NCBI GenBank assembly: GCA_951406725.2
Contig: OX597816.1
Location: 11,594,001-11,658,000, forward strand
Length of the DNA stretch: 64,000 nucleotides
Origin: Octopus vulgaris
Lineage: Eukaryota
Direction: 5' to 3'
Shown: positions 13,073-24,165 of the stretch, in pieces
Layout: each line of letters starts with the position of its first letter
How positions within the stretch are numbered: the first letter of the stretch is position 1
Program-made: the position numbers and the translations under genes
The notes under the pieces: model-generated
Databases searched by the model: none
Seen by the model: only the letters and a program-made list of their open reading frames with translations
Told to the model about the DNA's origin: nothing

Positions 13073-13376
13073 GTAGAGGCACATGGCCTAGTGGTTAGAG
13101 CAGCAGACTCGTGGTCGAGGGATCACGGGTTCAAATCTCAGACCGGGTGATGTGTGTGTTTATGAACGAAACACCAAAGCTCTATGCAGCTCCAGCAGAA
13201 GGTAATGGTGAACTTCTGCTGACTCCTTTGCCACAACTTTCTCTCACTCTTTCCTCCTGCATCTTGCAGCTCACCTGTGATGGACCAGCGTCCCATCCAG
13301 GTGGGGGACCTATATGCCAAGGAAACTGAGAAACCGGCCCTTATGAGCCAGGCATGGCTTGAGAAGGAACAAACAA
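13073..13376 (+). mobile_element. SINE family D copy
   Basis: TGGCCTAGTGG...GGTTCAAATC head, tail GAAGGAACAAACA. Confidence 0.85.
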
Positions 13377-13483
13377 TATGAATTAAACAAATTTAGCTTA
13401 GTGTAGTAAATTTTCTAGATGTTTCTAGATTCATTCTTTACTGGGAACCAAATGAAAGTTTTTTTTTACTAATAAAGTCGAAT

Positions 13484-13717
13484 CTATTTATTTTTTACCC
13501 ACAAGGGGCTAAACACAGAGAGGACAAACAAAGACAGACAAATGGATTAAGTCGATTACATCGACCCCAGTGCGTAACTGGTACTTAATTTATCAACCCC
13601 AAAAGGATGAAAGGCAAAGTCAACCTCGGTGGAATTTGAACTCAGAACGTAATGGCAGACGAAATACCGCTATGCATTTCGCCCAGCATGCTAATATTTC
13701 TGCCAGCTTGCCGCCTT
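13484..13717 (-). mobile_element. SINE family B with TSD AAGTCGAATC
   Basis: 10-bp direct repeat on both sides. Confidence 0.85.
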
Positions 13718-14635
13718 AAGTCGAATCCCCAACCTACCATTCTTCAGAATTGGTTTTTCAGTATTATCTAAACACGTTACTTACTAATGACTGGTTGAAG
13801 CCACCTTTGCCACTGCATGATCCTGTTACATCTAGGTGCTCCAAAGGAGTGTTTACGGAACAAATCCAATATATTTCTAGCTCAACTTAGAAATAGGAAT
13901 AGAAAAAAAAAGTGGGAAAATGTATGATTTAATCCAAATTTCAGTTTTAATATAAATGCCAACCTAGCTAGGGGATTCTTTCGTGTGATTTCAAGTTTTT
14001 TTTCTTCTCAGAAGGACATAAATATTGTTGGATCTTCAATAATAACATATTGAAGATTGACTATCCTTTAAAAACTTTCCTTGTGTTAACCAATTTAATG
14101 TTAAATGGTTCTATGATATCAGTAATAATGTTCAACCTTCTACTTGTAATTAAATGGATCCTGGAAAAAGGTTTTCTCAATGGTAATTGCTTGGCCCTAA
14201 GGAAAGCATGCAGCATGAAATTACAGATTGATAACAACAACTGGCACAAAACGAACATTGGGTTAAAGGAAAATAAATTGTAAATGAGATTTTACATACA
14301 TAAGAAATAATATAAATATCTGGATAAAAAGTTTTCTACAAGTCTGACCAAATATATTTGGTTTTTAAAAGAATCCTGCTCAGCTTCCTGCATGTATGTA
14401 TATATATATATATATATATATGTGGGGAGAATTCACAAAAAAAAAAAAGACGAAGACAGGTGGTGTAGATAACAAACAGATGTATTAGTATAACACTTGG
14501 GAAGTGAGAAAGTCTTTAATGTTTCGAGCCTATGCTCTTTCACAGAAAGGAACACAGAAAGAAACAAGGAGAGAAAATAAAGAATGTGTAGTGGCTAGCG
14601 ATCTATCATGGCGAAGGCCAGACAGAAGGGTTACA

Positions 14636-15003
14636 TTCTTTTATTCTTTTAGTTATTTAAGTCATTTGACTGCACCATGCTGGAGCACCACCTTTAGTCG
14701 AGCAAATCAATCCCAGGACTTATTCTTTGTAAGCCTAGTACTTATTCTATCAGTCTCTTTTGCCAAACCACTAAGTTACAGGGATGTAAGCATACCAGCA
14801 TCTGTTGTCAAGCAATGGTGGGGGGAACACACACACACACACACATATACGACAAGCTTCTTTCAGTTTCTGTCTACCAAATCTACTCACAAGTCTTTGG
14901 TCGTCCCGAGACTATAGTAGAAAACACTTACCCAAGGTCCCATGCAGTGAGACTGAACCCAGAACCATGTGGTTGGTAAGCAAGCTATTTACCATGCAGT
15001 CAT
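14636..15003 (-). mobile_element. SINE family A
   Basis: Colinear with other copies. Confidence 0.85.
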
Positions 15004-15095
15004 GAGTGTGAGTTTAAATATAGATATTCATTTTTACTGATGGTTTTTAAAATGATTTCTCCAATTTTCATATATTGCATTTGTATTTTTAATAG

Positions 15096-15288
15096 TACAG
15101 TTCTATATTTAAGAGATGGGGAATTATGTACATTATTTACATTTGACAGATATTTGTCCTCATCTTGTTTGTTGTTAACACAACCTCTCGGTTGATATAC
15201 CCTCCAGCCTTCATCAGATGTCTTGTGGAAATTTCGAACCTGGGTTCTCATTCCTAAAGTATTTTTCGATGTTATTATTATTGTTATT
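15096..15288 (-). mobile_element. Inverted copy of the 3' half of the hammerhead SINE
   Basis: Reverse complement of 15410-15543 plus further tail, directly abutting the head of the forward copy. Confidence 0.75.
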
Positions 15289-15369
15289 ATATGGCATAGT
15301 GGTTAAGAGCGCAAGCTACTAACCCCAAAAATTTGAGTTTGATTCCATGCAGTGACTTGAATAATAATG

Positions 15370-15420
<51 letters not shown>

Positions 15421-15543
15421 TCGAGAAATATCTTAGGAATGAGAATCCAAGTTCAAAATTTCCCCAAGACACCTGATGAAGGCTGGAGGGTATATCAGCT
15501 GAAACGTTGTGTTAACAACAAACAAGATGAGGACAAACATCCA
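15289..15543 (+). mobile_element. tRNA-headed SINE-like element with internal (TAA)n and a hammerhead-bearing Penelope-like tail
   Basis: A box TGGCATAGTGG, B box GTTTGATTCC, (TAA)n, then hammerhead core; same architecture at 63034-63317; 3' end cut by a (GAT)n-tail SINE. Confidence 0.7.
15469..15512 (+). ncRNA. Minimal type I hammerhead ribozyme (Penelope-type)
   Basis: ACAC CTGATGA A GGCTG-loop-CAGCT GAAAC GTT GTGT: stem I ACAC/GTGT, intact core, palindromic AACGTT stem III. Confidence 0.7.
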
Positions 15544-15815
15544 TTCATCATCATCGTTTAACGTCCGTTGTCCATGCTAGCATGGGTTGGACGGTTCGAC
15601 CGGGGATCTGGGAAGCCTGAAGGCTGCACCAGGCTCCAGTCTTATCTGGCAGTGTTTCTACAGCTGGATGCCCTTCCTAACGCCAACCACTCCGTGAGTG
15701 TAGTGGGTGCTTTTTACGTGCCACCTGCACAGGTGCCAGGCGAGGCTGGCAACGGCCACGGTCGGATTGGTGTATTTTATGTGCCACCGGCACGGAAGCC
15801 AAACGAGGCGGAGCT
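15544..15815 (-). mobile_element. Family C retroposon
   Basis: Colinear with other copies. Confidence 0.8.
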
Positions 15816-16439
15816 AAATAATGCAAATAATGATTTTATTCAACATTTTCTCTTCTCAGATTCACACACTTATTGAAGCGGTCCTTCAGTTTCCCTAAGC
15901 CCTGTATTTATATTTATAAGCCCTGTAATTTATAGTTAATTTAGAATTTTCGAAGACCTATTTATGCTATTTTCTAATGCTCCTATTATTCATACAACGA
16001 AGTTCTTTGTTTCCAAAGCTGGAGGCAAGCTTCATTCAAACCACTTTCAACATTTTTTTAGCCTAAAACCACAGGTGAAGACAGTTGCTTGGACTGCCTT
16101 GCAGTGAGACCGAACCTGAGATCACATGGTTGGGAAGCAAGCTTTTTAACCATACCGCTATGCCTCCACCTACAACAACACATACATATTACTGATTATC
16201 AAAGAAAAAATTAGTTGAAAAGCCATATTTTGGATTCTTTAGCTCTTCGTCTATTATACCAAAGTGTCATTTAAGCAGCATTCTTTATACAATGTGTTTA
16301 TGGCATTTAGTAAACATCTTACCATTAATAAAATATCGTTCAGCATTCATGAAGGCAGATTATTTAATGGTTCCTGTTTCTTAATAATCAGCTATTTCAT
16401 TACAGTTCCTGTATTTATTCTCATCATTAATACTATCAG

Positions 16440-16678
16440 TCTTCTTCTTCTTCTTCTTCTTCTTCTTCTTCTTCTTCTTCTTCTTCTTCTTCTTCTTCTT
16501 CTTCTTCTTCTTCTTCTTCTTCTTCTTCTTCTTCTTCTTCTTCTTCTTCTTCTTCTTCTCCTTCCTTTTCTTCTTCTTCTTCTTCTTCTTCTTCTTCTTC
16601 TTCTTCTTCTTCTTCTTCTTCCTTCTTCTTCTTCTTCTTCTTCCTCTTCCTCTTCTTCTTCTTCTTCCTCCTCCTTCT

Positions 16679-16710
<32 letters not shown>

Positions 16711-16799
16711 TTCTTCTACTTCCTCCTTTTCTGCTTCTTCTCCTCCTCCTCCTTCTTATTATTACCACCACCACCACCACCACCACCACCACCACCACC

Positions 16800-16845
<46 letters not shown>

Positions 16846-16914
16846 ATATGATTCTTAGTATTGCTACTATTATTTTTATTGTTGTTATTGTTATTATTTT
16901 TATTATTATTATTA

Positions 16915-16955
<41 letters not shown>
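16440..16955. repeat. Compound trinucleotide microsatellite (CTT)n-(CCT)n-(CCA)n-(CTA)n-(TTA)n
   Basis: Directly visible. Confidence 0.95.
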
Positions 16956-16957
<2 letters not shown>

Positions 16958-17589
16958 TCAAGTAATATCTCTCCACGTTTTGAGATATGATTGACAAAAA
17001 CAAAAAAAAAAAGAAAGAAAAAGAAACAAACAGACAAAAACAAAAAACTCCTGCAAAAATATATATATATATATATACATATCATCTTAAAACACACAGT
17101 TAAAATGTAAATTGCTGTGATTCTTTGATTTTTAGAATTTTCCGCCATTCCTTTTGCTGCTTATTCTTATTCTTATTCATTCTTTTATTTATTCATTTAT
17201 TCATTTATTTATTTATTTATTTTTCTGTTTATTTGCTTATTTGTTTGTTTGTTGTGCTTGTATTTATTTTCACAACAAAACAATGTCTCTCTCTCTATTT
17301 CCTCCCTTTTACAAAAATATCTGCACTGAATAATCTCCGGGTTTTCTTTTAATTGAAAATTTCTCTAAAACTGCACCAATTTCTGGTGGAATTTAATCTT
17401 TGATCGATCTGTTTGCCTGGTAAGGATCTCTGAGATTTTTCTTCTTACATCCATAATTTCGAAAATTTATTCTATTATTTTTGTTTAGTCTTTTATGGCT
17501 TTTAAATTCTTGAAATTAATTCCTTAATAAAACACAAGAGTAATTGACCTTTATTGGGGGCTTGTCAGCTTGTCTGTTTATTTCAACCC

Positions 17590-18980
17590 ACATCTCCCTA
17601 ACTCCCTCGTTCTTGCTCCCTATCTCTTTATCTCTCCCTACCTCTTTCTTTATCTCTGTTTCTGTCAATTTATCTATTTCTCTCCCTCTCTCAATCCCTC
17701 TCACTCACTCTGTCTCTTTATCTCTGTCTGTCTGTCTCTCACTCCCTCCCTCTCTCTGTCCTTGTCACTCTCTCAATCTTTCTATGCCTTGCATTTTTTC
17801 TCTCTGCTTCTTTCACTACGTCCCTCTCTCACAGTAGCTCTTTCTCATTCTCTCTTTATCTGTCTGTCTGTTCATCAATTCTTTAGTCCGACCGTCTGTC
17901 TGTCTGCCTCTCTCTCTCCCTCTTTCTCTCTCCTTGCCTCTCTCTCACTCAATCTGCCTATGTTTTGCATTTTTCTTTCTTTCTTTTTTCTTTTGCACAC
18001 TCTCTACCTCTCTCACTTTGTCCCTCCCTCCCTGTAACTCTTTCTCTCTATCCCTCTCCCTCTTTCTCTCTCTCTCTCTCACTTTGTCCTTCCCTCCCTG
18101 TAACACTTTCTCTCTATCCCTCTCCCTCTTTCTCTCTCTCTCTCACTTTGTCCCTCTCTCCCTTTAATGCTTTCTCTCTATCTCTCTCTCACTTTGTCCC
18201 TCCCCTTTAACTCTTTCTGTCTATCTCTTTCCCTCTTTCTCTCTCCTCTCTCTCCCTCTCACTCTCTCACTCAATCTTCCTATATTTTATATCTTTCTTT
18301 CTCTCTCCCTCTCTAATCTACCTCTCTCATTTGTCCCTCCCTCCCATTAACACTTTCTCACTCTCCCTCTCCCTGCCACTCTCTCACTCAATCTTCCTAT
18401 GTTTATATCTTTCTTTCTCTCTCTCACACTCTCTATCTACCTCTTTCACTTTGTCCCTCCCTCCCTCCCTTTAACTCTCTCTCTCTCTCTTTCTCTCCAT
18501 TCATCTGTCTGTCTGTCTCCTCTTTCCCCTCCTAATTCATTATACATTATTCCCTTTATTTAGCTTTATCTCATTTCTTTTCTCACAAGTGACTCTTTCA
18601 CTCATTTACCTTTATTCACCTCTTTACCCCAGCCCCCGCTTCTATTTCCCTGTTGTCTTCTCAGTTTTCCTTCCTTCCTTCCTTCCTTCCTTCCTTCCTT
18701 TCTTTCTCTCCTTCTCAGTCTTCCTCTCCCCTTTCTTTTCCCTATTCACACACATTCTCCATTTTACTCCAATAAATTCTAAGCCTTTCATTCAGTGATT
18801 TCCAACAATTTTTAACAATTTTTCACTATCAGCTCTTTCATATTGCAATTGCTGTGTCTTTTCATCTTTCTATGTTCACAAGCATCAGTTTCATTTCTCT
18901 CTCTCTCTCTTTCTCTCTCTCTCTGTCTCTGTACCAGTCAGTCTGTCTGTCTGTCTGCCTTCCCCCTTCTCTCTCGCTAT
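17590..18980. repeat. About 1.4 kb CT-rich polypyrimidine low-complexity tract
   Basis: Recurrent CTCTCACTTTGTCCCTCCCT and CTCTCACTCAATCT motifs. Confidence 0.9.
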
Positions 18981-19172
18981 ATATATGTATGTATATTAAT
19001 GTTCTGTTTTTATGTTCAGTGATAATAATAAAAACAATTTTGCATTAATCTGATGGGTTACTCTATAATTTTGTAAAATACAAATTTATTATTCTTATAC
19101 AAGAATATCATTGACAGTGACTTCGAAGTTTCCGCCAGTCAAGCCATTGTACATATACATATGTATGTGTGC

Positions 19173-19296
<124 letters not shown>

Positions 19297-19353
19297 TTAT
19301 ATATATACCCACACACATATATATATGTATATATATATAAATCTGGGATACAC

Positions 19354-19485
19354 TATTTACATTATTTACATTTGACAGATATTTGTCCTCATCTTGTTTG
19401 TTGTTAACAACAAACAAATATCCATCAAATGTAAATAATGTAAATGATGTACATAATTCCTCATCTCTTAAATATAGAACTGTAT
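19354..19485. mobile_element. Fold-back remnant of the hammerhead SINE tail
   Basis: Inverted tail joined to forward tail across the GTTAAC palindrome. Confidence 0.6.
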
Positions 19486-19489
19486 AAAT

Positions 19490-19733
19490 TTAGGGTGTTC
19501 AAAAAGTCTTTCCCTAGTGAGAATTTTTTTTTCTATTCTGACTCTCCAAGATATATTTCAAACCATGTGTAGAAGAGGCAACTTATGAATTGAAAATGAA
19601 GGATGACACTTTCAACATGTCTTATAAAGTTTTTTTAAAGTCTTGTAAAGTCTAATATATTCTTTTGTAGTCTTATACCATCTTATATTTATTTTGAAAT
19701 AAAATACTTACTGTGGAGAAACTTTTTGAACAC

Positions 19734-19739
<6 letters not shown>
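19490..19739. mobile_element. Tc1/mariner-type MITE
   Basis: TIRs AGGGTGTTCAAAAAGT and ACTTTTTGAACACTCTG followed by TA. Confidence 0.7.
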
Positions 19740-19779
<40 letters not shown>

Positions 19780-19973
19780 CCTGTGCTCCCTGACTAGCTC
19801 CCATGTTGGCGGCACATAAAATGCACCCACTACTCTCTCGGAGTGGTCAACATTAGGAATGGCATCCAGCTGTAGAAACCTTGCCAGATCAGATTGGAGC
19901 CTGCCAGTCCTGAGTCAAACTGTCTAACCCATGCTAGCTTGGAAAACTGATGTTAAACAATGATGATGATGAT

Positions 19974-20016
<43 letters not shown>

Positions 20017-21167
20017 TACACACACATGTATATAGTTGAAATTTACAGAAAAACAAAAGACGAAGACAGGTGTATTCAACAAACAGATGTATTGGATTAA
20101 CACTCGGGAAGGTGAGAAAGTCTTTTACATTTTAAGCCAATGCTCTTCAACAGAATGGAGCATGAGGAAATAAACAGAGAGAGCAAAAAAACTTTTGGAG
20201 CTAGCGGTCAATCATATATATGTGTATATATACATATACATATATACACATGTGTATATATGTATGTATATGTATGTGTGTGTGTGTGTGTGTGTGAGTG
20301 TATATATATATATATATTTGATGATACATACACACACACATATATATACATATATTACTGAAGTTGTTTTTCTTTTATGCTCTGTACTTTTATGTCTGTC
20401 CATTTTTCCCCTGTTCTGTTTTTACCATTTCCTGTCACATGACTGGGACCCTTTTCCGTCCTTCTTTCATTCATTCTCATCACATATCTGTCAAACCACA
20501 TAACTTTCTTTCCTCTCACTTTTATACTCTCCAAACTTCTTCATCACGACCATTATACTTTTCTTTCTTTTTCCTCCTTGTGTAATTTCCCCCTCAATAC
20601 ATTTCTGCCATTTCTTCAGCCGTTTCTTCCCTTTTCTCCTCTGTCAATCCATTTTTCCACCCCCCCCCACACACTTTCCACCTCACTTTTTACCTCCTCT
20701 CTCTCTCTCTCTCTCTCACTCTCCTACTCTTACTCGTTTCTTTTCTAAAATCTACATTTTTTGTTCCTCTAATTTGATTTCCTCATTTCCCGAAACTTCT
20801 TGTTATTTTTCCTACTTTTTCATTTCAACGCAGCTTAATTTTTATTTTTACTTCTCAACAATTCCCCCCCCCCATTTTTTTTTTATTTCTTTCTCTGCCA
20901 TTTTCTGTCAGTTTCCAACGATCTTACATCAATACTGAAAGCATTTTAAAATAAACCTATAACAGAAGTGAGATTAAATTTATAAAAGCGAACTGTTCTT
21001 AGTAATTGCTTCTGTAATATGTCTTATCTTACTTGTTACTAAGTTTCAACGTCAGCAGCTATTTTGACTGTTAAATCTGTTGGAAGTTATGTAAATGCTC
21101 CACAAATGGTACCACGGAGTAGCATAAGATGTCTTGTTTCCCCCTGCCTCAGTTTTGCTCCTTCTTC

Positions 21168-21807
21168 AAGGCAGCGAGCTGGCAGAAATGTTAGCACACC
21201 GGGCGAAATGTTCAGCGGTATTTCATCTACCGTTATGTTCTGAGTTCAAATTCCGCCAAGGTAGACTTTGCCTTTCATCCTTTCGGGGTCGATAAATTAA
21301 GTACCAGTTGTGCACTGGGGTCGATATAATCAACTTAATCCATTTGTCTGTCCTTGTTTGTCCCCTCTGTGTTTAGCCCCTTGTGAGTAGTAAAGAAATA
21401 AGTATTTCATCTGTCTTTATGCTCTGAATTAAAATTCTGTTGAGGTTGACTTTGATTTTCATCTTTTCGAGGTCAATAAATTAAGTACCAGTTGTATACT
21501 GGGGGAGGGGGTGTTGACTTAATCGACTAACCCCACCCCAAAAATTTCGAGCCTTGTACCCAGAGTAGAAAAGAATATATAATATCAACTAAGATGGTGA
21601 GCTGGCAGAAATGTTAACATGCCGGGTGAAATGCTTAGCAGTATTTCATCTGTCTTTACATCCTGAGTTCAAATTCTTCCAAGATTGAATTTGCCTTTTA
21701 TCGTTTTGGGGTTGATAAATTAAGTACCATTGTGTACTGAAATCGATCTAATCGACTGCCCCGCTCCCCCAAAATTCCAGACCTTGTGCCTAGAGTAGAA
21801 AAGAATA
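21168..21807 (+). mobile_element. SINE family B cluster (dimer plus monomer)
   Basis: Repeated B core three times. Confidence 0.8.
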
Positions 21808-22396
21808 ATACTCCTCCCTCCCAGTTTCGTTTTGCAAGTTGTTAAGTCACCCTGCCAGTGCTGGTGCCACATTAAAAGCACTGATGTTGGTTCCATGTAA
21901 AAAGCACTGGTAATGGTGCCACATAAAAAAAGAATCTGTCAAATGTAAATAATGTAAATAATGTACATAATTCCTCATCCCTTAAATATAGAGTGGGAAG
22001 ACAAATATTTCTTGGGTGTAGTAACAATGTGAAGGTGTATGACCTAATGGTTAGGGTATTGCCCTAATGACTGCAACATCAGGGATTTAATTCCTAGACC
22101 AGGCAATGCATTGTGTTGTTGTCCAAAACATTTCGCTTCACTTGGCTCCAGTCAGCTCACTTCTAAATGAGTAGCCCCGTGACGACAAACTGGCATCTTG
22201 TTCAGGAGGAAATATTGGGATTTGATACCTTGCCATTAACCTCTTTCTTCCCAGCTCTACCCCAATTACTGCCACTAGTTTAATGATAAGAAAGTTATTT
22301 TACTAAATTCTTTGTTATATTCAAAGTAACTGAAAGAAACACAGAGCATCTCAACAGAAAAATGGTAACAAAAGGGTTAGAGTCACCATGATATTT

Positions 22397-23443
22397 TTGA
22401 CCCTTTTGATACCAACCCGGCTGAAACCACCTCTAGCTCTTTAGTACAAACGTCTTACTTTCAAAAGTTCTGAATTAAAATCTTCCACCAAACCTTAGTC
22501 ACAATTTATGTTCCTAATGCAAGCTGAATGATAACCAAGTTATTTTACTAAATTCTTTGTTCCCGTGCCGGTGACACGTAAAAGCACCATCCGTTTGTGG
22601 CCGTTTGCCAGCTCTGTCTGGCCCCCGTGCCCGTGACACGTAAAAGCACCATCCGTTCGTGGCCATTTGCCAGCCCTGTCTGGCCCCCATGTCGGTGACA
22701 TGTAAAAGCACCATCCTGTTCGTGGCCGTTTGCCCAGCCCTGTCTGGCCCCCGTGCCGGTGACACGTAAAAGCACCATCCGTTCGTGGTCGTTTGCCAGC
22801 CCTGTCTGGCCCCCATGTCGGTGACATGTAAAAGCACCATCCGTTCATGTCCGTTCACCAGCCCTGTCTGGCCCCCATGTCGGTGACATGTAAAAGCACC
22901 ATCCGTTCGTGGCCGTTTGCCAGCCCTGTCTGGCCCCCGTGTCGGTGGACATGTAAAAGCACCATCCGTTCGTGTCCGTTGCCAGCCTCGCCTGGCCCCC
23001 GTGCCAGTGACACGTAAAAGCACCATCCGTTTCGTGGCCGTTTGCCAGCTCTGTCTGGCCCCTGTGTTGGTGGCACGTAAAAGCACCATCCGTTCGTGTC
23101 CGTTGCCAGCCTTGCCTGGCCCCGTGCCGGTGACACGTAAAAGCACCATCCGTTCATGGCCGTTTGCCAGCTCTGTCTGGCACCTGTGCGGGTGGCACGT
23201 AAAAAGCACCCACTACACTCACGGAGTGGTTGGCATTAGGAAGGGCATCCAGCCGTAGAAACACTGCCAGATCTGACTGGGCCTGATGAAGCCTTCCAGC
23301 TTCACAGACCCCAGTTGAACCGTCCAACCCATGCTAGCATGGAGAACGGACGCTAAATGATGATGATGATGATGATGATGATTTAAAATTAATTGAAAGA
23401 AACACAGGACATCTCAAAAGAAATACAGTAACGAAAGGGTTAA
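22397..23443 (+). mobile_element. piggyBac-like MITE family 1 interrupted by a SINE
   Basis: Colinear with 60509-60737 once 22562-23381 is removed; ends AAAGGG TTAA. Confidence 0.75.
22562..23381 (+). mobile_element. Family C retroposon with an 11-copy array of its 62-bp 5' unit
   Basis: AAAAGCACC recurs about every 62 bp from 22580 to 23203. Confidence 0.85.
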
Positions 23444-23711
23444 TCTTTCAACATCAAGCATTAATCCACCTGCCTTTTCACAATACTCTCATTCAATCAA
23501 GGTTTGGTTTTGCAAGTTATATAGAGACATCACTAGTACAGGTGATATAAAAAAATGTATCCAGCACACTTTGTGAAATGGTTGGCATAGGGGAAAGCAC
23601 TCTGCTGTAAGAATGCTGCCAAAACAGACACCAGAGCACACAGAGGACATCTGTGTTGTCACATCCTGTCCAATCAACCAATCAATGACAGTGTGGAAGA
23701 TACCAAGTGGA

Positions 23712-23835
23712 ATTTACATTATTTACATTATTTACATTCAACAGATATTTGTCCTCATTTTCCTTGTTGTTAACACGTTTCAGCTGATATACCCTCCAGC
23801 TCTCATCAGGTGCCTTGGGGAAATTTCAAACCAGG
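23712..23835 (-). mobile_element. Hammerhead SINE tail fragment
   Basis: Reverse complement reads GCAC CTGATGA GAGCTG...CAGCT GAAAC GTG, followed by the same tail. Confidence 0.6.
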
Positions 23836-23962
23836 ATATATATATATATATTTAAAAAAATAGGATAAAATCTTAATAAGAAATTATCAGGTAGTTAGCA
23901 TGAAAAACCTCATAGGAGAAAAAAATCTGTAAATTTTTTCACTTGAAAATATTTATTTATAT

Positions 23963-24077
23963 TATATAGAGGGCATTATTACACATAAATGCCACACACT
24001 AGGAGGGACTTTTAAAGTCATAACTAGCAAAGTTTAAAAGTCCCTCCTAGTGTGTGGCATTTATGCGTAATAATGCC

Positions 24078-24086
<9 letters not shown>
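23963..24086. repeat. 54-bp-arm inverted repeat with 16-nt loop
   Basis: Arms differ by one base. Confidence 0.9.

Positions 24087-24165
<79 letters not shown>

Noticed and set aside
13073-13150. Functional tRNA genes at SINE heads
   Set aside because: A and B boxes are present but acceptor stems are degenerate and run into repeated SINE bodies.
2281-15897. Plus-strand exon candidates at 2281, 2804, 4379, 6348 and 15859 (IHTLIEAVLQFP*)
   Set aside because: Some splice sites are good but frames are ambiguous and I could not build a convincing chain or recognise a product.
16264-17003. Poly-Leu, poly-Glu and poly-Ser ORFs (also 10620-11107)
   Set aside because: Trinucleotide microsatellites with no splice or homology support.
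22562-23210. CRISPR-like array or the 231-aa repeat protein ORF
   Set aside because: Whole 62-bp units are repeated, not repeat plus unique spacer; they are the 5' units of a family C retroposon.
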